Positions 56,501 to 64,000 of a DNA stretch of 64,000 bases are shown here, in pieces (position 1 is the stretch's first letter; each line of letters begins with the position of its first letter). The DNA comes from Pecten maximus. Its lineage: Eukaryota. Both the position numbers and the translations under genes were made by a program. The stretch covers positions 24,614,001-24,678,000 of the forward strand of contig NC_047025.1 of assembly GCF_902652985.1 (NCBI RefSeq), written 5' to 3'. The notes beneath the pieces were generated by a model. It saw nothing but the letters and a program-made list of their open reading frames with translations, made no database searches and had not been told where the DNA came from.

Positions 56501-59500
56501 ATCAGACCTGACCTATTTTATGTTACAGGTTATCTAATCATAATTCATCAATTTTATTTCTAGATATATCAGTCTTACACAAAATACAAATAAATACAAA
56601 TGCAATGCTGTATGCTCTAAACTATTGCGGAACTCAAAATATATACAGAAACTTAAAACACTCATTTAAATAACAGTAAGTTATCCGCTGGATAATTAAA
56701 AGAAGAAAGTTATCTTGAACGAAGATAACATGATAGACGCTTTATTATGGTATTTATTTCTATTTTTATCACCTACAATATAAAACAATATTGCAGATGC
56801 ATGTATCTACAAGGGCCGGATCCACCAGCAAGGAGAAACGTGGCAGGATGGTTGTGATTACGATTGTGAATGTACTGATGCTGCAAAGGGCATGTACAGG
56901 TGTACAGACCGGTAAGTGTACAGGTGTCTGACCGGTAAGTGTACAGGTGTCAGACCGGTAAGTATACAGGTGTCAGACCGGTAAGTGTACAGGTGTCAGA
57001 CCGGTAAGTGTACAGGGGTACAGACTGGAAAGTGTAAAGGTGTACAGACCGGAAAGTGTAAAGGTGTACAGACCGGAAAGTGTAAAGGTGTACAGATAGG
57101 TAAGTGTAAAGGTGTACAGATAGGTAAGTGTGCAGTTGTACTGATCGGTAAGTGAGCAGGCTACAGACCGGTAAGTGTAAAGCTGTACAGAGCGAGAAGT
57201 GTGCAGGTGTACAGACCGGTAACTGTGCAGTTGTACTGATCGGTAAGTTGCAGGTGTACAGATTTGTAAGTGTAAAGGTGTACAGAGCGAGAAGTGTACA
57301 GGTGTACTGACCGGTAAGTGTACAGGGGTACAGACCGGAAAGTGTAAAGGTGTACAGATAGGTAAGTGTACAGGTGTCAGACCGGTAAGTGTACAGGTGT
57401 ACAGACCGGTAAGTGTACAGGTGTCAGACCGGTAAGTGTACAGGTGTACAGCCCGGTAAGTGTACAGGGGTACAGACCGGTAAGTGTACAGGTGTCAGAC
57501 CGGTAAGTGTACAGACCGGTAAGTGTAAAGGGGTACAGACCGGTAAGTGTAAAGGTGTCAGACCGGTAAGTGTACAGACCGGTAAGTGTACTAGGGTACA
57601 GACCGGTAAGTGTACAGGTGTACAGACCGGTAAGTGTACAGGTGTCAGACCGGTAAGTGTACAGGGTCACAGACCGGTAAGTGTACAGGGGTACTGATCG
57701 GTAAGTGTAAAGGTGTCAGACAGGGAAGTGTACAGGTGTCAGACAGGGAAGTGTACAGGTGTCAGACCGGTAAGTATACAGGTGTCAGACAGCGAAGTGT
57801 ACATGTGTCAGACCGGTAGGTGTACAGGTGTCAGACCGGTAAGTGTACAGGTATCAGACCGGTAAGTGTACAGGTGTCAGACTGGTAAGTGTGCATGTGT
57901 CAGACAGGGAAGTGTACAGGTGTCAGACCGGTAAATGTACAGGTATCAGACCGGTAAGTGTACAGGTGTCAGACCGGTAAGTGTACAGGTATCAGACAGG
58001 GAAGTATACAGGTGTCAGACCGGTAAGTATACAGATGTCAGACCGGTAAGTGTACAGGTGTCAGACTGTGAAGTCTACATGTGTACAGACCTGTAAGTGC
58101 ACCGTGGTACATTCAGGTAAGTGTACATGTGTACATCCTGAAGTGTGCAATTATACAGACAGTAAAGTATACAGGGGTATATGGAGAGTGTACAATTAAA
58201 AAAACAGGTCAGTATATAGGGGTACAGACAGTTAAATTTATTGTTCTGTACATATGCAGGTAGATGTAACATTTTGTCTAGTTCTATCAATAAAAATAAA
58301 CTAGTAATATTTTCAAACCTCGAAATAAGAGAGGTTTTCTTGAAGGATTTAGGCTTTTTCACATCAAGATATCCGAGATTTTTAAAGCTTTTAGTTTGAA
58401 TTTTATCTTTATTATATAAATAAAGAGGACCGTTCGATCATAAACATTTTAAAAATTCAAGATAAGCACGATTTGGACTGTCAGTTCCAATATTTTTCTT
58501 CGGGACATCCGAGTTTTCTTTGATGGTTTAGAGTTGGAATTATCCTTATGTTACCACGATCAAAAATCTCCGAATTAACGGGTTCTTTGAGTTTTACTGT
58601 CCATTGTGTCAGTTGATACCTGATGTTACACACGAGTGTACTAATAGCAGGGGGTTAAAAGGTGAGGTGTGAAAGTAACTACAGATGAGAAAGATAAGTT
58701 ATCAAATGGGCCTCTGGGAGGTCGGCTATAGCGAAAGTTGACACACGAGTACAGAAAGGTAGGTTTCGATCTCGCTACAGTAACCGACATACCAGGGTTC
58801 AGAGATTACAAAACTTTTAAATTCTTCTCTTACCAGCATTTACTTATGTCATCAGAATTTTCTTTGATTTTGACTTTTTCTTTTTAGTGATTATTTAGGT
58901 TGTGAAGATAGAAATATACAAAGGAAAAAAAGGAAAAAGACAAACTAGATAATGAAATAAAAATAAAACGTTTGGATATAGATTTCTGGAAGGTTATGCA
59001 AACGTTAATATTTACATTCTGTGTTGTATTTGCCTATATGTCGTTAGTAAACCGAATTGTTACTATAATTAACAGTGATTCGCTCAGTGTAGGAATACAA
59101 CTCGGTGTGTCCTTGATGATAGAACACTGTCGCGAGTAACTTTCGGTATTAATAATACCGAACTATTTTTCTTCACCTTAAGTTATAAGCATTCGAATGT
59201 GAAAGCCACATTACCTATCTTTAGAATGATTACATCAAATTCATTGTCAAAACGTAGTACGAGCGTATATTGATGCCATTCAACAAACGGAATTAAAGTC
59301 TGCGAATGTGGATTGGACAATCCTTAAATAGATCGAACAAAATATCATTGGGATCGTTGTCACCGAATGGAAGGGCAACTTTCGTTTTGAATTTCCGGTG
59401 GGGGGCTATTGAAGAAATCACATAAATTCAGGCGATAGAATCATAAACGGCCCGAGAAAATAACACCGCATCACTTCTTTTTTGTATATTAATACGCGAT

Positions 59501-62500
59501 AAACGGATTTCATCCCGTGCAAATCAACATAATTACAGTTAAGATATTAATTCAAATTACCACATCAAAATTACCACAATCAACATAATTACAGTAAAGA
59601 TATTAATTCAAATTACCACATCAAAATTACCACAATCAACATAATTACAGTAAAGATATTAATTCAAATGACCACAACGATTATTATTTGTGTAGCATCG
59701 GACGGGCATGACCAACGACATCAAGTTTACACTGTTATCAATTACATACAGATGCCCACGATTCGGACAGCTGCCGAGCAACTGCCGTGTGACATCCGAC
59801 CCGAACGATAGATGTTGCCAGAAGGCTGCATGTACGCCGGTAGGCCCTGCGCAATGTGGGGACAAATTAGCACAATGCGCAAACTATGGGCGGTACGCAT
59901 GCCAGGACCCGTACACCGAATGGGCGAAAGAAAACTGTAACAAATACTGCGGATTCTGTGGAAGTACAGGTTAGGTTTTCAGTGGTATCAATGTTTCCGC
60001 TTTTCGTTGTTGAATCTGACTTAGATTTGTATTGCAGGTGTCGTCCACATTGGCATGTAAATATGTTTCTGGTGTAGTGTACCGTAGTAAACTGTAAATA
60101 GCAAAAGGGACCAACAAAATACCAGGCAGAAATTCAGCTTTCTCAGAAAAGTCGGCGGTATTCAGCCAAATACGGTTTTAATTTCACATATTTATTACCA
60201 AAATAATTGCAACTAAATTCTATGAAAGGAAAACAACTCTAAATACAATAGACTAATCAGTTTCATACTTGTTATCTCCGCGAACATGAAACAAGTTGAT
60301 TTCACCAACACAGCTTTGTCTGTTCGCTGGAATTCCAGGAACCCAGGTCTAACAGACAGGTACCCAGTGAACACGCCTTCAGTACGTATTCAATTTCAAG
60401 TGATATCTTTTAATTACCTATATACTTATAAAAAAAACTCTGAATTGTTATTCAAGAATACAGTTTAAGAATAAGCCCTGTTTGACCTGGATTCCTGCGG
60501 ATAGACATATCTAAATCGTTGAAATCGCGGAACTTGTTTCGCGTTCACGGCGAGAGAAAATATGTAGATGCGGTGTATTGTATTTGAAGTTATGTTTTCC
60601 TTGCAGAGAATGTATTTACAACATTTAGAAACCATAGAAGTGAAAATCAAACCGTATTTGGCCGAATACCGTCGATTTTTCTACGACATTTCTTTCTTGC
60701 ATTTTGTTGTTTCCATTTACTACGTAAATTATACTACACTGGCCTAGCTACCCCGCTAACATTGATACGTGTATCTTTGATGAAGGAAATGACGCGAACC
60801 TGTTCGTATTCACCTTTTACCTTTCCAAGAGTCTCCATACAAATGCATGCTTTGTTTATATTTGTTTTCGTTTTTGAGTTAGGATTTTGGTTGGTGCCTT
60901 TATCATTATATCCTTTGTAGAACCCTATGTCTTTGTCCTTACATGAGAAAATGTTGTCTAAGATAATAATTTGATATTTATATTTGATAATGCCACTCCA
61001 TTATACAGTAAAGTCTAGAATCATATCGGTTAAACAGCATTGGTTCTTAATCTTGATGTATATCAAGGACCTTTCCTTGTAAATGTAAGATGTTAATTTG
61101 TGTTGCATATCATGGATAATTTTCGAGCTTTACTCACCAAAGTCCAACCTATAGTTAATACATGAAAGCGTCTTCCATTGTTGTAGGAGTGACCACAACC
61201 GTCTCCACAGCCTGTGTAGATCGTATCCCGAACTGTAAAGATTTTGGACAACAGAGTTGTGGAGCACAGTACATTGGATGGGCCAAGTTTAACTGCCCAG
61301 TTACCTGCAACTATTGTAGTGAGTAAATATCACAGTAAATAAAATTCTTTTCTTATACCCCCCTCGTTCAGACTTTGTCAGTGGTTTTAATATATTAATG
61401 CCTATAATTGGAAAAACCAGATTATCAACAACCGTTACTATGGAAGCATAATAGAGGATTATGATTGGGCAAAGTTGATATATTGTCCAATTAAGCTGAA
61501 AATAGCTTTATAAGAATTTAAAGGGATAGCAAATACAATGGTACTATTTTCGAAAAAAAATAGATGTAATTGGGTTGTCATCGTCGCATGGATAGCAGGG
61601 TATTAGTTTAGTTGTAGTTAATTTTGAAACAGTCATCATAAACATAATTCAAAAGTAACCGTGCTCTGAATCATCATTCGTGCTATATTGTCCATTAAGT
61701 TATAATGCGTCTTAATTGACTGTCGCATTTCTTACCAATCGTTTAATTCAGGAAATATTACTAAACATGATCAAATGGACTTTAATCTAGCAAATACAAT
61801 GGTACTATTTTCTATCTGCAATTTAATGCAAATTAACAAAATTGACTGATGGGATATGTACGATGTAGAAATATTAGCTATCAATATAATCACAGCATCA
61901 TAGTTATTCTTTCCTGACTGCTTTCCTGTGAACTCACTTCCAGGCATTGACGTTTTATTGCTTATGAGAAATATTGTATTGCCACGCTAACGGCTCCATA
62001 TCAACCTAATCAACACTATGCAAAATCACTCTATCAGATACTGGCAGCGGATCAGGAATAGGTGGCACAGGAACCGGAAGTGTTGGTCCAGGAACAAGCG
62101 GGACAGGTGGTACGGGAACCGGAAGTGTTGGTCCAGGAACAGGTGGTACGGGAACCGGAAGTGTTGGTCCAGGAACAAGCGGGACAGGTGGCACGGGAAC
62201 CGGAAGTGTTGGTCCAGGAACAGGTGGTACGGGAACCGGAAGTGTTGGTCCAGGAACAAGCGGGACAGGTGGCACAGGAACTGGGAACACTGGGCCAGGG
62301 ACAAGTGGAACAGGAGGCACAGGAACCGGAAGTGTTGGTCCAGGAATAAGCGGCACAGGAACTGGTAATGAAAACCAAACTGAGGTCCCATATCAACAAT
62401 GATTCACCTTGTTTTATTCCTTCTTCTCATTTTCAAATTAATTCTCATTGCAAATTTGAGTGTTGCTGTGAATGAAGTTCCAAAAAAGCAACCTTTCTTT

Positions 62501-63225
62501 TCTTTCAATTATCCCCCGCCCAACGCCGTCCGTCCGGATTCCCTTTCCGCACGATATATTTTGAAGGTATAATCGAATTTCGATGAAACTTGTTTGGTAT
62601 ACTTATTACCTAAATCTCTTGCTAAATTTCGAGTATCGGTATATTCCGCGCATATCTAATGAGGCTGCTGTGATCTGATTGGCTGATTGCTTGTCGCACG
62701 ATATCTTTTGAAGAAATGATCGGAATTTGATGAAACTTGCTTGGTAGACTTATTACCTAAACCCCTCGCCTATGTGGCCTGGCTACTGTGACCTGATTGG
62801 CGCGATATCTTTTGAGGGAATGATCGGATTTGATGAAACTTGATCTTTTAACTTGCTATTAATTATGTTGATTATTTTTACATGAATTTGATGACTGTAC
62901 ACAAATACATGTAATGATTCTAAATGCTATGTCATGTGTTTCATGTTTTATACATGTTTCCCACTTTAATTTCACGTAAAAAAACATTTGCATGGACGAC
63001 TTTGTCCTTGTCTATAGAATTATGATTAGCGTATTCTTCAAACGACGTGCATTCTAAAACCTCCCACTATATCGAGATGCATTTTCAATGGTTTATTTTC
63101 TATTTAAGGAAGTGGAAATTGCAAGGACTCCCTTCCAAATTGTAAAGAATACACGTCTGCAGCGTGTGTTGACCCATACACTAGCTGGGCATTATCTCAC
63201 TGTCCCCACTTCTGTAACTTATGTG
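27743..63225 (+). CDS. Large secreted multidomain protein (SP-VWA-TSP1-VWA-VWA-VWA-ShK2-VWC2-ShK-VWC5-ShK2-Gly/Thr repeat-ShK), 3' incomplete; collagen VI/matrilin-like VWA domains
   Basis: Phase-consistent exons: 27743-27821, 30648-31209, 34405-34641, 35187-35753, 36174-36212, 36367-36672, 36914-37172, 38833-38862, 39106-39676, 40081-40116, 40372-40506, 40972-41100, 41595-41624, 42258-42375, 42852-42991, 43639-43753, 45319-45458, 45729-45863, 47351-47377, 47778-47892, 48616-48929, 49138-49252, 50614-50906, 51471-51585, 51983-52131, 53404-53518, 56130-56344, 56797-56911, 59752-59969, 61187-61318, 62038-62364, 63109-63225. Three +1 indels must be corrected. No terminal exon was seen. Confidence 0.88.
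28679..28766 (+). mobile_element. tRNA-derived (SINE head-like) sequence
   Basis: Box A-like TGGCGCAGCGG and box B-like GAGTTCGAGGCC. The acceptor and anticodon stems do not pair convincingly. Confidence 0.5.
29182..30175. repeat. 57-58-bp intronic minisatellite (~17 copies)
   Basis: Unit TGCTATAAACTTCTGTAACGTTTGTACAATGATAAGAACCACCAATATTCCCCTACA. Confidence 0.95.
30648..31209 (+). CDS. VWA domain 1 exon (+1 frameshift near 31092)
   Basis: ADIVFLLDASGSVG (MIDAS DxSxS), LIVMTDG and FAIGIG, continuing as IDNGELRHIASD in the shifted frame. Confidence 0.9.
31692..32561. mobile_element. Non-autonomous DNA transposon with TTAA target site (Kolobok-like), 870 bp
   Basis: TTAA|AGCCACATACTCCC ... 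GGGAGTATGTGGCT|TTAA: perfect 14-bp TIR, TTAA on both sides, purine-purine termini. Confidence 0.8.
33053..33503. mobile_element. TA-flanked MITE interrupted by a SINE
   Basis: TACTGTAAACGTAC (33053) and GTACGTTTACAATA (33490-33503) are inverted termini. A related ~205-bp element lies at 47939-48145. Confidence 0.6.
33183..33440 (+). mobile_element. 5'-truncated V-domain SINE-like element with triplicated tail
   Basis: Box B GAGTTCGAAACC, V-domain-like GGTGGTTTTTCTCCGGTTACCCTGGCTTTCCTCCAC (from recall), and a tail AAACCTGGCACGTCCTTAAATGACCCTGGCTGTTA repeated three times. Confidence 0.7.
34405..34641 (+). CDS. Thrombospondin type-1 repeat plus Pro/Thr linker exon
   Basis: [47 protein letters not shown] then TTPPPTTTTTALTTPTPTTPSP. 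This frame is not in the ORF track. Confidence 0.9.
35187..35753 (+). CDS. VWA domain 2 exon
   Basis: ADIVFILDSSGSVG..IAIVITDG..FSVGVG..KACE, uninterrupted 567 nt. Confidence 0.93.
36367..37172 (+). CDS. VWA domain 3 (exons 36367-36672 and 36914-37172; +1 frameshift near 36994)
   Basis: ADIVFLLDSSGSVG, then KIAIVVTDG..LAIGVG..IASDPD..KACE. Confidence 0.9.
39106..39676 (+). CDS. VWA domain 4 exon (+1 frameshift near 39246)
   Basis: ADIIFNLDSSGSVG..KIR / VGLTTFS..IEIVITDG..FSVGVG. Confidence 0.9.
40372..41100 (+). CDS. Two ShK-domain exons (40372-40506, 40972-41100)
   Basis: CQDKLANC..C..WARTQCARTCHYC and CVDHLPNC..C..WAHDNCRQFCGFC, the 6-Cys ShKT pattern. Confidence 0.88.
42258..59969 (+). 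CDS. Seven VWC-like modules, each split over an exon pair, with ShK domains at 45729-45863 and the end of 59752-59969
   Basis: CxYKG..QGxxWxDGCxxxCxCxD..YxC (115-118 nt exon, phase-2 end) plus CP..LP..C..CC.P.C, repeated seven times. Confidence 0.88.
43736..44130 (+). repeat. 42-bp in-frame minisatellite (9 full copies) duplicating an exon end and donor of gene 2
   Basis: Unit TACAGCTGTCAATCTAG|GTATGTCACACCGCAAATGTTAACG, reading YSCQSRYVTPQMLT. The first copy overlaps exon 43639-43753. Confidence 0.96.
46192..47257. repeat. 22-bp intronic minisatellite (~48 copies)
   Basis: Unit TATGTATACACCTATCGCTGTC. Confidence 0.95.
47939..48145. mobile_element. Short degenerate MITE related to 33053-33503
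   Basis: TACTGCGAACGTAC..TTTAGCG ... CTAAAGTTAGTACATTTACAATA. Confidence 0.5.
52480..52780 (+). mobile_element. Meta-domain SINE-like fragment
   Basis: GACTGGTTCACCCGTTGTCAGTTTGATGTGACCGGGTGG..GTGTCTTCGGCAGTATGCTTCAGTGTGGTAGCACTATAAAG resembles the MetaSINE core as recalled. The tail ATGACC..TGTTGATAGGATGTAAAAC resembles the SINE tail at 33310. Confidence 0.65.
53084..53403 (+). repeat. 46-47-bp minisatellite (~7 copies) ending at the acceptor of exon 53404
   Basis: Unit GAGAATAATAACATCAAGGTTAATTCATTACTTCTAGTTTGTCTAGA. The last, diverged copy ends TTTTTTCTAG|. Confidence 0.85.
53979..54530 (+). mobile_element. Helentron-associated non-autonomous element (HINE/pearl-like)
   Basis: 5' TTTTTAGGTCATCTGA with adjacent inverted TCAGGATGACC, a (CGTC/CGTG) microsatellite, internal repeats (CCAAGTGTTGTTATTT..ATGGC), 3' TCAGATGAC and hairpin AGGCCCTTGGGCCT. 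Confidence 0.8.
55092..55765. mobile_element. Non-autonomous element with fold-back head and a second inverted repeat (possibly Crypton-type)
   Basis: ~170-bp hairpin containing perfect GTTATTTTTCAAAAGTTAC/GTAACTTTTGAAAAATAAC. TTTCTACCACAATAGA (55265) is inverted at 55749. Confidence 0.6.
56893..58075 (+). repeat. 23-24-bp minisatellite (~50 copies) duplicating an exon end and donor of gene 2
   Basis: Unit TGTACAGGTGT(A)CAGACCG|GTAAG. The first copy overlaps exon 56797-56911, and the array decays until ~58260. Confidence 0.94.
59522..59677. repeat. 56-bp tandem repeat (~2.7 copies)
   Basis: AATCAACATAATTACAG occurs at 59522, 59578 and 59634. Confidence 0.85.
60072..60741. mobile_element. 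MITE-like element with long degenerate terminal inverted repeats
   Basis: GAAAAGTCGGCGGTATTCAGCCAAATACGGTTTTAATTTCAC (~60146) is inverted as GTGAAAATCAAACCGTATTTGGCCGAATACCGTCGATTTTTC (~60640). The outer ends are GTGTAGT/ACTACAC. Confidence 0.65.
61187..63225 (+). CDS. ShK exon (61187-61318), Gly/Thr/Ser repeat exon (62038-62364), ShK exon (63109-63225)
   Basis: CVDRIPNC..CPVTCNYC, (GTGTGSVGPGT[SGT]G)n and CKDSLPNC..CPHFCNLC. All are phase 1-1 with canonical splice sites. Confidence 0.85.
62508..62845 (+). mobile_element. Degenerate HINE-like fragment
   Basis: CCCCCGCC, (CGTC)n, then three repeats of CGATAT..TTGA..GATGAAACTTG. Confidence 0.5.
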
Positions 63226-63329
63226 GTAAGTCTCATTTGTTCCCAACGCCATGGTCTTTTGTCTCGTTTCCCTTCTACTATTAATGTAACAAGTTTCCCA
63301 CCGTCAGACTTTTTTCTGTTTAAACCCAG

Positions 63330-63975
63330 TTTATTAAGCTGTATTTATCTGGAATCACACTGTCTGTCGTCCGCAAATGTCCCGAAAACTCCTCCTAAAC
63401 TTGTGAACCGATTTCAATGAAACTTTACATAAATATAAATAAGGAACTTAGCATGCGATTTTTTTCTGCTAAATTTTGGTTACCGTGGTAGCTGCTCAAT
63501 ATAAAAAGATTATCAGATAAAGGGCAAAAAACATTTAGTCATTTGACAAATTTATTCAGTCTTTGTCAAATGGTGTTACTGAGCGAAACACATAATTGAC
63601 ATTATTCCGAAACTATTATCATAGCAACCCAATCCGGGCTTCTGATTGGTTTAAATTAAGATGTTGGCCGATTTCGACTAAATTTGTTATACAGAAGTAT
63701 AACGGGATGCTGAACATCACTGTAAAAGTTTCGCTACCATGAAAACCAAGCTGAAGCACAAATTGGCTTTGATTGGTTGAAGTTTGATTATTGTCCGATT
63801 GTGACCAAATTTGGTGTACATGAGCATAAGGGGATACCATACATCACTGTATAGACTTTGTTACCATGACAACCATGATGAAGCAAATAGTAGCCTCTTA
63901 TTTGTTGTAATTTGGATACTGCACTATTTCAACTTAATTTGTTATTAAGGTGGATTAGAGATACCGAGGCCCCTA
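63330..63975. mobile_element. Degenerate HINE-like fragment(s)
   Basis: CTGTCTGTCGTCCG, CCGATTTCAATGAAACTT, and repeated GATTGGTT..CCGATT..AAATTTG..TACCATG. Confidence 0.45.
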
Positions 63976-64000
63976 AATGATTGAAATTAGAATATTGTTT

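Noticed and set aside
62006-62399. Pro/Val-, Arg/Trp- and Glu/Gln-rich ORFs
   Set aside because: Alternative frames and antisense of the Gly/Thr exon. Splice phase supports only the Gly/Thr frame.

Overview
AT-rich eukaryotic genomic DNA from an invertebrate, probably a bivalve mollusc judging by the repeat types. It holds two intron-rich + strand genes. Gene 1 is a HEATR3/Syo1 orthologue (1609-17130): 12 exons are visible and further exons are lost in an assembly gap at 2205-2704. Gene 2 (27743 to beyond 63225, at least 32 coding exons) is a large secreted modular protein: signal peptide, VWA, TSP1, 3xVWA, then ShK and VWC-like modules and a Gly/Thr repeat. It has two GC-AG introns, five microexons and three apparent +1 frameshifts. 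Introns and the intergenic region carry minisatellites, SINE-like fragments, MITEs and Helentron-associated (HINE)-like elements. The most striking pattern is that several unrelated minisatellites are built from the genes' own signals. Four amplify an exon end plus its 5' splice site (about 9 to 114 extra donors, two arrays in frame), one amplifies the last codons plus stop codon of HEATR3, and one ends on a 3' splice site. Most long ORFs in the supplied track are repeat artefacts. All coordinates, copy numbers and family assignments were made by eye or from memory, without database searches.
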